A stretch of DNA of 36,028 nt from Balamuthia mandrillaris (Eukaryota), in contig JAVKOQ020000064.1 of NCBI GenBank assembly GCA_031835245.2, forward strand, positions 186,001 through 222,028, read 5' to 3'. The notes under the pieces were generated by a model. That model had not been told where the DNA came from. It ran no database searches and worked only from the letters and a program-made list of their open reading frames with translations. Position 1 is the first letter of the stretch, and each line of letters opens with the position of its first letter. Shown piece by piece: positions 11,345-21,754 of this stretch. The translations under genes and the position numbers were made by a program.

Positions 11345-13174
11345 CTACTTGCTGGCAAGGGAACAGGCAGAAAGGGGCCGATGGAGGCAGCTCTGACTGC
11401 AACACAACAACTCCCACCACACTCTTCTTTCCTCGTCCCAACACCTCCTCACTGCCCTTTCCCTTCCTTGTTCTCTTCCTTCTCCTTCCTTCTCCTCCGT
11501 CTCCTCCTCCTCCGCTTCAGCCTGCAAAAACAGCAGAGCACAAGCATCACACCTTCTCTGCAGCCTTTCCAGCCGCTCCTTCACTTCTTCCGGCAGCACC
11601 ACCTCCATGAGGACCTCCTCCAGGCCCTCTTCTCGTTCTTCTTCTTTGCCTTCTTCTGCTGTTGTCCTGTCCTTCTGCTGGGTTGTGGGCCTCTCCACCG
11701 TCAGCAGAGAAGAAGAAGGAGAAAGCCAAGGGAGGGGCGGGGCGGGAACAGGGCTCAACAGGCCGGGTGGCAAAAGCTTGTGCTGGTTCCTCAGCACCGC
11801 CTCTCCGCTCAACTGCCACAAGCTTTTCACGGTGGCATGCTTGCTCCTCATGGATGGTACTTGCTCGGGTTTCCCTCTTTTCTTCTTCTGCTTCTCCTCC
11901 TCCTCCTCCTCCTCTTGCTCTTCTTCCTCATTCTCCTCCATTTGTTCGAGAAGTGTTTGTTGCTGGCGAAAGGGTGGAAGGGAGTGCGTTGTCAACAATG
12001 GAAGAAGCCAAACCATGGAGCAAGGCAGTGCTGCCAAGTAGAGGTTCTCCTCCAGGTAGCACCACTTGAGAGCACGGAGCTGGCCAAACTCCCTCGGCAA
12101 GGAGCTCAGCTCGTTGTGGGAGAGGTCGCAGCGGGTGAGAGCGGAGAGCTGGCCAAACTCCCTCGGCAAGGAAGTCAGATTGTTGTAGGAGAGGTTGCAG
12201 GAGGAGAGAGCGGACAGCAGGCCAAACTCCCTCGGCAAGGAGCTCAGCCTGTTCCAGGAGAGGTTGCACTGAGTGAGAGCGGAGAGCTGACCAAACTCCC
12301 TCGGCAAGGAAGTCAGCTGGTTGTGGGAGAGGTAGCACTGAGTGAGAGCGGAGAGTTGGCCAAACTCCCTCGGCAAGGAGCTCAGCTGGTTGCCGGTGAG
12401 GTCGCAGCGGGTGAGAGCAGAGAGCTGGCCAAACTCTCTTGGCAAGGAGCTCAGCTTGTTCGTAGAGAGGTTGCAGCGAGTGAGAGCGGAGAGCTGGCCA
12501 AACTCCCTCGGCAAGGAGCTCAGCCTGTTGTTGTTGAGGTCACACTCAGTAAGAGCGGAGAGCAGGCCAAACTTCCTCGGCAAGGACGTCAGCTGGTTGT
12601 TGTAGAGATAGCAGCGGGTGAGAGCGGAGAGCAGGCCAAACTCATTTGGCAAGGAGCTCAGCTGGTTGTTGTTGAGGTCGCACTCAGTGAGAGCGGAGAG
12701 CTGGCCAAACTCCCTTGGCAAGGAAGTCATCTTGTTGACGGAGAGGTCGGAGCGGGTGAGAGCGGAGAGCTGGCCAAACTCCCTCGGCAAGGTGCTCAGC
12801 CTGTTCCAGGAGAGGTCGCACTGAGTGAGAGCGGAGAGCAGGCCAAACTCCCTCGGCAAGGAGCTCAGCTTGTTGCAGGAGAGGTTGCACTCAGTGAGAG
12901 CGGAGAGCTGGCCAAACTCTCTCGGCAAGGAGCTCAGCTTGTTGTTGGAGAGGTCGCACTCAGTGAGAGCGGTGAGCAGGCCAAACTCCCCTGGCAAGGA
13001 GCGCAGCTTGTTGTCAGCAAGCTTGCAATACCTGAGAGCGGAGAGCAGGCCAAACTCTCTCGGCAAGGAGCTCAGCCTGTTGTCGGAGAGGTCGCAGTGG
13101 CTACAGTGTGCAAAGGGTTGGAGCAGGGAGGGAAGGGCTCGCCTTTCCTCTTCCTTGCCTGCCTGTGGCTCCAT
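11345..13174 (-). CDS. Intronless LRR protein (15 x 23-aa repeats) with BC-box/cullin-box-like and Cys-rich C-terminus; paralogue 2
   Basis: 609-aa ORF with repeat consensus xCxLxxNxLSSLPREFG(Q/L)LSALT at 13096-12062. The tail reads VKSLWQLSGEAVLRN...VLPEEVKERL..RRCDAC...CCSQSC. There is no signal peptide or transmembrane segment. Confidence 0.85.
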   Translation of the reverse strand: MEPQAGKEEERRALPSLLQPFAHCSHCDLSDNRLSSLPREFGLLSALRYCKLADNKLRSLPGEFGLLTALTECDLSNNKLSSLPREFGQLSALTECNLSCNKLSSLPREFGLLSALTQCDLSWNRLSTLPREFGQLSALTRSDLSVNKMTSLPREFGQLSALTECDLNNNQLSSLPNEFGLLSALTRCYLYNNQLTSLPRKFGLLSALTECDLNNNRLSSLPREFGQLSALTRCNLSTNKLSSLPREFGQLSALTRCDLTGNQLSSLPREFGQLSALTQCYLSHNQLTSLPREFGQLSALTQCNLSWNRLSSLPREFGLLSALSSCNLSYNNLTSLPREFGQLSALTRCDLSHNELSSLPREFGQLRALKWCYLEENLYLAALPCSMVWLLPLLTTHSLPPFRQQQTLLEQMEENEEEEQEEEEEEEKQKKKRGKPEQVPSMRSKHATVKSLWQLSGEAVLRNQHKLLPPGLLSPVPAPPLPWLSPSSSLLTVERPTTQQKDRTTAEEGKEEEREEGLEEVLMEVVLPEEVKERLERLQRRCDACALLFLQAEAEEEETEEKEGEGREQGRERAVRRCWDEERRVWWELLCCSQSCLHRPLSACSLASK

Positions 13175-13253
13175 TCTCCCTTTATTTTTTCTTGCCTTTA
13201 GCGCCTAAAATTAATCTGTTGTTGCAACTGGCACCTTTTTGCTGAAAAACGAT

Positions 13254-13605
13254 TCTTCGTCTTCTTCTTCTTCTTTCTTCTTCTTCTTCTTCTTCTTCTT
13301 TCTTCGTCTTCTTCTTTCTTCTTCTTCTTCTTCTTCTTCTTCTTCTTCTTCTTCTTCTTCTTCTTCTTCTTCTTTCTTCTTCTTCTTCTTCTTCTTCTTC
13401 TTTCTTCGTCTTCTTCTTCTTTCTTCGTCTTCTTCTTCTTTCTTCGTCTTCTTTCTTCTTCTTCTTCTTTCTTCTTCTTCTTCTTCTTTCTTCGTCTTCT
13501 TTCTTCTTCTTCTTTCTTCTTCTTCTTTCTTCTTCTTCTTCTTCTTTCTTTTTCTTCTTCTTCTTCTTCTTCTTTCTTCTTCTTCTTCTTCTTGTTCTTC
13601 TTCTT
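13254..13605. repeat. Degenerate (TTC)n microsatellite, about 350 bp
   Basis: Continuous TTC/TTTC/GTC units between LRR paralogues 2 and 3. Confidence 0.95.
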
Positions 13606-13783
13606 GAAACGACAAAAAAGCAAAGAAAAATATTGTTATGAAGACGCTGAAGAGATCCAATGCAAGACTTCTCTTCCTTTGGAGCTGTGTTTTGCTGGCG
13701 AGGAAAGCAAAGAGGATGGCGCCGCTGTCTCTTGTTTTTCTTCTTCACTGCATGGTTGAGCAGAGGAAGAGCAAAAAAGAAGT

Positions 13784-15127
13784 CTACTTGCTGGCAAGGG
13801 AACAGGCAGAAAGGGGCCGATGGAGGCAGCTCTGACTGCAACACAACAACTCCCACCACACTCTTCTTTCCTCGTCCCAACACCTCCTCACTGCCCTTTC
13901 CCTTCCTTGTTCTCTTCCTTCTCCTTCCTTCTCCTCCGTCTCCTCCTCCTCCGCTTCAGCCTGCAAAAACAGCAGAGCACAAACATCACACCTTCTCTGC
14001 AGCCTTTCCAGCCGCTCCTTCACTTCTTCCGGCAGCACCACCTCCATGAGGACCTCCGCCAGGCCCTCTTCTCGTTCTTCTTCTTTGCCTTCTTCTGCTT
14101 TTGTCCTGTCCTTCTGCTGGGTTGTGGGCCTCTCCGCCGTGAGCAGAGAAGAAGAAGGAGAAAGCCAAGGGAGGGGCGGGGCGGGAACAGGGCTCAACAG
14201 GCCGGGTGGCAAAAGCTTGTGCTGGTTCCTCAGCACTGCCTCTCCGCTCAACTGCCACAAGCTTTTCACGGTGGCATGCTTGCTCCTCGTGGACGATGAT
14301 TGCTCGGGTTTCCCGCTTTTCTTCTTCTGCTTCTCCTCCTCCTCCTTCGCCTCTTGCTCTTGCTCTTGCCCTTCTTCCTCATTGTCTTCCATTTGTTTGA
14401 GAAGCGCTTGTTGCTGGCGAAAGGGTGGAGGGGGGTACGCTTTCAAGGATGGAAGAAGCCAAACCATGGAGCAAGGCAGTGCTGCCAAGGGGTTCTCCTC
14501 CACGTTGCACCACTTGAGAGAGGAGAGCAGGCCAAACTCCCTCGGCAAGGAGCTCAGCTCGTTGTAGGAGAGGTTGCAGCGGGTGAGAGAGGAGAGCAGG
14601 CCAAACTCCCTCGGCAAGGAGCTCAGCTCGTTGTTGGAGAGGTCGCAGCGGGTGAGAGCAATGACCTGGCCAAACTCCCTCGGCAAGGAGCTCAGCTTGT
14701 TGCCGGAGAGGTCGCAGTAGGTGAGAGCGGAGAGCTGGCCAAGCTCTCTCGGCAAGGCGCTCAGCTTGTTGTGTGCGAGGTCGCAGTAGGTGAGAGCGGA
14801 GAGCTGGCCAAGCTCTCTCGGCAAGGCGCTCAGCTTGTTGGAGGAGAGGTCGCAGGAAGTGAGAGCGGAGAGCCGGCCAAACTCCCTCGGCAAGGACGTC
14901 AGCTGGTTGTCGGAGAGGTCGCAGCGGGTGAGAGCGGAGAGCTGGCCAAACTCCCTCGGCAAGGAGCTCAGCTCGTTGTAGGAGAGGTCGCAGCGGGTGA
15001 GAGCGGAGAGCCGGCCGAACTCCCTCGGCAAGGAGGTCAAGCCATTGTAGGAGAGGTCGCAGGCGGTGGGGTGTGCAAAGGGTTGGAGCAGGGTGGGCAG
15101 GGCTTCCTTGCCCGCCAGTGGCTCCAT
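13784..15127 (-). CDS. Intronless LRR protein (8 x 23-aa repeats) with the same C-terminal module; paralogue 3
   Basis: ORF from ATG 15127 (MEPLAGKE...), with repeats at 15061-14510. The C-terminal ~160 aa are nearly identical to paralogue 2. Confidence 0.85.
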   Translation of the reverse strand: MEPLAGKEALPTLLQPFAHPTACDLSYNGLTSLPREFGRLSALTRCDLSYNELSSLPREFGQLSALTRCDLSDNQLTSLPREFGRLSALTSCDLSSNKLSALPRELGQLSALTYCDLAHNKLSALPRELGQLSALTYCDLSGNKLSSLPREFGQVIALTRCDLSNNELSSLPREFGLLSSLTRCNLSYNELSSLPREFGLLSSLKWCNVEENPLAALPCSMVWLLPSLKAYPPPPFRQQQALLKQMEDNEEEGQEQEQEAKEEEEKQKKKSGKPEQSSSTRSKHATVKSLWQLSGEAVLRNQHKLLPPGLLSPVPAPPLPWLSPSSSLLTAERPTTQQKDRTKAEEGKEEEREEGLAEVLMEVVLPEEVKERLERLQRRCDVCALLFLQAEAEEEETEEKEGEGREQGRERAVRRCWDEERRVWWELLCCSQSCLHRPLSACSLASK

Positions 15128-15307
15128 TTTACCACACAAAAAAAAAAAACTTGAAAGTTCCGTTTGTTATTGATGCTCGGACCAAACTAGCTTGAACTAT
15201 TTTTTGTGTTTGTTCTGTTCTGTTTCTTCTTATCTTCTTGCTAAGAATAATCTTAAGAGATTATTCTTACAAAAAAAAAAAAAAAAAAAAAAAAAAACAA
15301 GAGATTT

Positions 15308-15540
15308 AGAGTTGACCAGCATCAACAATAGAAGAAGCTGTGAGGGTAGCAATGATTACCAAACAAATGAACCTTCCCTATTGCTGGAGAGCCTTTGTGT
15401 GCCATTTTCTTTTTCATCTTATTCACCGTTTTATCATTGTGAGAGGGAGGGTTGCATACCATCCATGCAAGAGCTATATCATATTCTAAAACGTTAAAGG
15501 AAGGACATTAATAATAATAATGTGGGCCTTTTGAGCAAGC
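15308..15540 (+). pseudogene. Decayed fragment of the Trm9-like gene (exon 3, intron start and exon 4 remnants)
   Basis: ATGAACCTTCCCTATTGCT...GCCATTTTCTTTTTCATCTTA matches ~10375-10429, and CCATGCAAGAGCT..ATTCT..GGGCCTTTTGAGCAAG matches ~10583-10654. The fragment has indels and stops. Confidence 0.75.
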
Positions 15541-15774
15541 TGTGAAACCGCTCTCCCATGATACCCTATCTCTCTTTGTATATGTGTTTCTTTCTTTCTT
15601 TCATCCTGCAAAGGTCTTTTCCCTGCACCTATCAAGTTAGTGTCCATTAGGCTAGTCCCCTACTGGCCTTATCAACAAAGTCTTTCTTTCTTTCTTTCTT
15701 TTTTCTTCTTTTGTCTTTTCTTTTAAGAAGAAGAAGGACAAGAAGAAGAAGAAGAAGAGGAGAAGAAAGCATTG

Positions 15775-18258
15775 TTATGAAGACGTTGAAGAGATCCGAT
15801 GCAAGACTTCTCTTCCTTTGGAGCTGTGTTTTGCTAGCGAGGAGAGCAAAGATGCTAGCGCCGCTGTCTCTTGTTTTTCTTCTTCACTGCACGGTTGAGC
15901 AGAAGAAGAGCAAGAAAGAACGCGAAGGTGACACCGCTTCAACCATGCATCATGAGTACAAAGAGCATCGCATAAACTGGGATAGTGTTCCATGCAACTC
16001 GTTACTCCTTTTTTTTTAAAAAAAGAGAAAAAGCAAAGGAGGTAAGAAAGTGAAAAGAGGAAAAGAATAAGAAAAACAGAAAAGCAAGAGAGAAGAAAAG
16101 ACTTACCAGTAAGTGCCATAAACCAAAGTTCAGCCGTTTGTTCATCGCTCCATTTGCTCTTCATGTCGTCGCTCATCATTTCCATCCAACGAAGAAACGA
16201 GTCGAACATCGTTGTTAAGTTCAGTTCTTCTGTTGCTTTTGCTGTTGGTTGCTGAAGCAGCGAAGATATTTCTTCTTCTTTGCAGGTTCGAAGGATGAAA
16301 ATTGCAGCCACTAAAACGTGAAGCAGAAGGAAACGTGGAAAGTTGAAGGCTTGTTGTGAAGAAGAGAAATGAAGAAGAAGAGAAGAGGAGATGGAATGGA
16401 GAACAGGGAGGAATGCCAGAAAGGTGGGCTTGTCGGAGAGAACAGCGGATGAGCCGTCCAAACAAACGATGTTCAAGAGAACGCCGAGCACTGTGTCGAA
16501 GAGAACCTCAGCATTCATTATGCTTTCTGAACCTTCTTTACTCTCTGCTAAAGAATAACAAACGCAAAAAAACAAATGAGGTGAGTACATACAGTTTGTA
16601 AAAATAGAAAGCAAGAAGAGAAAGAAACTTACCGCCAAGCGATCCAGAATTCACTACGACAGAACAGAATGACGGATAGTGACGCTTGATGTAGGAAAGA
16701 AGCAAAGCAGGACCATTGTTGCCCAAAAATATGCCTCTGGCGTCCTTCTCCGAAGTCAAGTGCAACAATCCAGGAAGCAAAAACGAGAACATCTGATCTC
16801 CTTCCTTTTCTTCATTCGTTCTCGTTCTGTCAAAACTCTGTTGAAGGAGAAAAGGAAGAACTTCCAAGATTTCGCTTCGAAGAGCAGAGGTCTCTTCGCT
16901 CAACCAAACGCCCAACAACCGAATTGTAGCTACCAACAATATACTATCTTTCGTCTTCGTCGGTTGAGAAAGCACTGGTGCTTCGTCTTGTTCGTCCTTA
17001 CATTTGCGAAGATACTGAACGATGACTGTGAAAACGTCGCTGAGGCCTCGTTGTATGCTCGATAAAACAGGAGAAGGCAATTCTTCGCTCCAATATCTCT
17101 TCTTTGTTTGTTTTTGTTGTGCTGTTGATTCCATTGGAGAGTGACTGAGATAGTAGATGACTTGTTCGACTATATCGTAGCAAACTGATATCATATCGAC
17201 GTTATAGTTTTCTTCAGATGAAGAAGAAGAACAAGGATCATGTGTGCTGTCGGTTGGTGAAGAAGAGGTAATTGACAAAGGGGCGGTTGAGGGAGAAAGA
17301 GTTAAAGAAGCTGGAGAAGGACGATAGCGATCCGGATGGAGAACAGTCGTTTCCAAAAGAAACTGGGCTTCAACGCAAACCAACAACACCAACACCTCCA
17401 CAAAACGTCCTTTTTCTTCAAGACTTGTCGTTGTTTTTGCTTCCGTTGAAAATACTTCTGTTCTATCTTTTCCTTTTGCTTCTCGCTTTTTCACTTTCTC
17501 CTCTGTTTCTTCTTTCGAGGCAACGAAATGAAGCGGAGGCCCTAACGCCCATTCTTGTCCAAAACGATGAAGCATATGAGCGCAGAGTACAAACGCCATG
17601 TCTCTCTGCGCTCTTCCCAATTTGCTTGTGAGAATGTCATTCAACCCAATGCGAATGTCTTCTTTCCATTTCCATCTTTCTCTTTCTTCGTTTTCATCTT
17701 CTTCCTCCTTGATAGCTTCTTTGCAATCTCTAAAGTAAGACATGAGAAGATTGAGGCGTTGTAGAAGAGCAAACTTGAAGGATTGCTGGTTTTGACGAAA
17801 GAGACAGGAGAGATGATGCATCGCCCCTTTTTGTTCAAAGTCTCTCAGTGTGAGAGCGAAACGTTCTTCTTGTGGATGATGTTGTAAGTGAAGTTGTTGA
17901 TGAGAATGTCGCAAGACAGTTTCAAACAGCTGAAATGTGAGTGATAGTCTTTCATCTGGTGTGTTGACAATATAAAATCAGCACAAGAGAGAGACATAAA
18001 GAAGAAAAGAAGAGCAAAGGGAAAAAAAAGGAACCTTTCGGATCAGCTTCAAAGATCGAAAGAGCGATTTTGGGAAGTGCCTCGTACGAAAGGAGAGCAC
18101 TGAGGCCAGCAGCTGTTTGAGCCACGCCCAACAGACACTTTAACGCTTCTAGCTTTGTTCCATCAGCAACGCCTCTATGCGTTTTGTTGTAGAAAAAATG
18201 AAGATTGTAAGCTGAGGAGCGAAGAGAGAAATGAAGAAGAAAAGCAAAAAAGAAGCAA

Positions 18259-18296
<38 letters not shown>

Positions 18297-18827
18297 AGAG
18301 ATAATGAGAGAAGAGAGAGGGAGATGAAAAGAGAGAAAAGAGAAGAGAAGAGAGAAAAGAGAACGAGAGGAGAGAGGAGAAGAGGAACAAGATGAGGGAA
18401 GAAAAGAAGTTAAGAGTGAAAAGACAAAAGAGGGGAGCTACGAACTCAGCATTGATGATGGAGAGCAACAGAGGGACAGTGGCCAGGTACTGCGGATGGC
18501 TGGCCAGCTCCGCCTCCGCAGCAAAAGTCGACAGGATGCTCAACGCCAAGTCCTGATAAGAGAACGTGCCTTCTCCTTTTCTTTCTTTTAGAAGAAAGAA
18601 GAAGAGGAGGAAGGAGGAAGAAAGAAGGAAGAACAAAGCAAACCTTGCTTGGAACGCAACAAACGATGAAGAAAAGGAAAACCGATGGCCTCGGCGATCT
18701 GGTGGAGGACAGAGGGAGTGGGCCGTTGCACGAACTTGGTCACCAACAGCAGGCCCACGAACTTTTCCTCATCCGAAGGCGCTCTCAAGAGGGACAGGCA
18801 CTTGCCCAGGTCCACCGTCGTCGTCAT
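15775..18827 (-). CDS. NCDN: Neurochondrin-like ARM-repeat protein (multi-exon)
   Basis: N-terminus LGKCLSLLRAPSDEEKFVGLLLVTKF...IAEAIGFPFLHRLL and the internal LVATIRLLGVWLSEETSALRSEILEVLPFLL...FLLPGLLHLT match recalled neurochondrin motifs. The last exon ends ...EVLHRISSTSS* at 15775. Confidence 0.8.
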
Positions 18828-19034
18828 CTCGGCTTGCTTGTCTACTTTCTTCTCTTTCTTTTATTTTTCGCCGACTTTTCTTCGTGACGACGCGGGTATC
18901 AATTCATGTCGACCAGCAGCCTAAGTTGTGCTTCCAACCTATTAATTCCAAGTCGGAGGATGACATAATACGACAGCATTAATAGGTTGCTTAATAAGTT
19001 AGCTTCGAATCTTCGAAAGAAATTTCTGAACCTG

Positions 19035-19049
19035 GTGACGTCACTATAT
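19035..19049. promoter_or_regulatory. CRE-like palindrome GTGACGTCAC followed by TATAT in the NCDN/ALT divergent promoter
   Basis: A perfect 10-bp palindrome containing TGACGTCA lies about 75 bp upstream of ATG 19117, within a 290-bp head-to-head gap. Confidence 0.4.
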
Positions 19050-19116
19050 GAGGGGTCTTCCTTTCTCACTTAAATTTTTTACGGAAAAATTTGACGACTA
19101 AAAAAAGAAACAAAAA

Positions 19117-21671
19117 ATGCAAAGAGGATTATTGCGAACTGCTGTTGCTTCCTCTTCTTCCTCCTCTTTGTTGTTGTGTAGTGCTGCCACCAGTAGAATG
19201 CTCGCCTCCACTGCTGCTTCTTCTCGATCGTTTGCCTCCTCTTCTTCATCCTCATCGGAGAAGAAGGTGCTGAGCCTCGAAAACCTCAACCCAAAGCTGC
19301 TGCGCGCCGAGTACGCGGTGCGCGGCGAGCTGGTCATCCGAGCGGAGGAGCACGTGAAGGCCCTGGCCGACCCCCAGAAGAAAGGGCAGCTCCCCTTTGA
19401 GGAGGTGATCTTTTGCAACATTGGCAACCCGCAGCAGCTCAACCAAAAGCCCATCACCTTCTTCCGTCAGGTATTTCTCCTTACCCTTTTTTTTAATATT
19501 TTTTATTTTTATTTTTATTTTTCTTTATTTATTATTTCTTTATTTTATTTATTTATTTGCTTTATTTGCTTTTTTTTATTTTTTATTTTCATTTTTCATT
19601 TTCATTTTTTATTTTTTCAGTATTTTTATTATTTTTATTTTTTAGATTGTAACACCCTCGTTTTGATTTCTCTTTTTTTTTTCTTATTCTTTTTGCTTAA
19701 ACCTGCTATAACTTCTTTTTCTTCTCTTCTTTTTCTTTTTGGTTTCATCTGTTCTTTTTTCGTTATTAATGTTATTTTTTTTTTCGTTCTTTCTTTTCTG
19801 TTTATCATCACTTCATCGACCCAAAAAAACGAACAAAACAAAAAAACAAGGTGGCTAGCTTGATGGAGTATCCAGAACTTCTCAATAGCGAACGTGCCAA
19901 GGACATTTTCCCAGAGGACGCCATCGCCAGAGCAAAAGCTCTCCTTTCCAAAGTCCCTGGCGGCGTTGGTCCGTTCTCTCTCCGCTTTTTGTCTTCGTCT
20001 TCTTCTTGTTCTTCTTCTTCTTCCTCCTCCTCCTCCTCCTTCTTTCTTCTTCTTGTTCTTGTTCTTCTTCTTCTTGTGCTGCTTCGTCGTCTTCGTTGTC
20101 TTCTTCTTCCACTGTTTCCTCTCTTTTATCTCATCAAACAAACAAACAATAAATACTAGGAGCGTACTCGAACAGTCAAGGCTTGCCAGCGGTGCGAGAG
20201 CACGTCAGCCAGTTCATTGAGGAGAGGGACGGCTATCCCAGCGACCCTAGCGACATTTTCTTGACGGAAGGTGCCAGCGGTGGTGTCGTTGCACTTTTGA
20301 ACTGTTTGCTGCGCGGCAAACAGGACGGTGTACGTTTTCTTTTCTGATATTTTCCTTACCTTATCCTTTTCTTTCTTTGCCTCCTTCCTCATAACTATTT
20401 TTTCCATGTACAGGTAATGATTCCTATCCCTCAATACCCATTGTACTCAGCGACCATCCCTCTTTTGGGTGGCTCTCAACTGGAGTATTACCTCGACGAA
20501 GAAAACGGGTGGAGCCTCAAAGTGGAGGAGCTTGACCAGGTCGTCAAGAAGGCCAAGGAGGACGGCATTGAGGCCAGAGCTCTTGTCATCATCAATCCTG
20601 GCAATCCTACCGGACAATGCCTTGAGCCTGCTAACATGCGTGAGGTAATGTTTCCTCTCTTTAAAAAAGAAAAAATTGAAGAAACGAATGAGAGAACGAC
20701 AGACTGAGCGAAGAAGCAGAGAAGAGCAACAAAACAGAACAAGAGCAACGGAGAAAAGTCGAAGAGATAGACAAAGGGACGGGAAAGAGAACGAACAAGA
20801 TAAAAGCAAACAAGAAGAGCAAAAGCTAAACCTTTTTATGTAACAGATAATAGATTTCTGTCACAGGAACAAAGTATTGCTGTTTGCGGATGAGGTCTAC
20901 CAGGTGAACGCCTACGCCAAACCCTTCTATTCCTTCAAGAAGATCCTTCGCGACATGCAACAGGAACGCCCCGAGCTGAACGGCTTCGAATTGGCTTCCT
21001 TCCACTCCGTCTCCAAAGGCGTCATTGGAGAGTACGTTCCTCCCTATAATTATTTCGTTATTTCGTTTGTTTTGTTTTCTTCTCTGCTCTTCTCTTCTCC
21101 CTTCTTCTCACGCAAATATAAATATAGATGTGGCAAACGCGGTGGCTACATGGAGATCGTCGGGTTTGACCCCGCAGTCAAAGCCCAACTCTACAAGCTG
21201 GCCTCCATCAGCCTCTGCCCCAACCTGCCCGGCCAGATCATGGTGGACCTCATGGTGAAGCCCCCGCAGGAGGGCGAGCCCTCCTACCCCCTCTACCACC
21301 AGGAGACCAGCGCCATCTTCGCCTCCCTCCAACGGAGGGCCGCCACCCTGAGCGCCGCCCTCAACCGCATGGAAGGGGTCAGCTGCAACCAGGCCGAAGG
21401 AGCCATGTACCTCTTCCCTCGCATCCGCCTGCCGGCCAAGGCCGTGGAGGCCGCCAAGCAAAAGGGCAAGGCCGCCGATGTGATGTACGCCATCGATCTT
21501 TTGGACGCCACCGGCGTGTGCGTGGTGCCGGGCTCTGGCTTTGGGCAGAAGGAAGGGACCCTGCACTTTAGGACAACGTTCCTGCCGCCGGAGGAGAAGA
21601 TCGAGGGGGTGGTGGAGCGCATGGCCGCTTTTCACAAGGAGTGGATGCGCAAGTGGAGTTCTTCTCAGTAG
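19117..21671 (+). CDS. GPT: Alanine aminotransferase (PLP-dependent, class I), probably mitochondrial
   Basis: Exons approx. 19117-19470, 19851-19968, 20160-20328, 20414-20644, 20847-21032, 21128-21671. Motifs [52 protein letters not shown] (PLP lysine), CGKRGGY and [22 protein letters not shown]. The N-terminal presequence is Ser/Arg-rich. Confidence 0.95.
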
Positions 21672-21754
21672 ACCTCTTTCCTCTTACTCTCATGTTTCTT
21701 CTTTCACAGAAAAAGTGCGTGAACGAATGGCTGTGGAAATAAATAACACATGTA

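Noticed and set aside
12062..13096. NNC/NNG codon variation resembling adenine-directed mutagenesis by a diversity-generating retroelement
   Set aside because: There is no reverse transcriptase or template repeat in the window, and exceptions exist (TGG, ACG). GC3 codon bias plus selection explains the fixed third positions. Revisit only if an A-rich template copy is found elsewhere in the genome.
11381..13201. 606-aa plus-strand ORF (and 14300-15154) with its own 23-aa periodicity
   Set aside because: It is the antisense shadow of the GC3-rich LRR repeat array; the minus-strand frame has the recognisable LRR consensus.
13182..13883. Several K/E/R-rich and S/F-rich ORFs
   Set aside because: They are products of the stop-free (TTC)n tract and the overlap with the LRR gene tail.
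12062..15061. Regular 69-bp repeats with short variable segments, resembling a CRISPR array
   Set aside because: The units are in-frame coding LRRs, the variable parts are single codons rather than spacers, there are no cas genes, and the context is eukaryotic.
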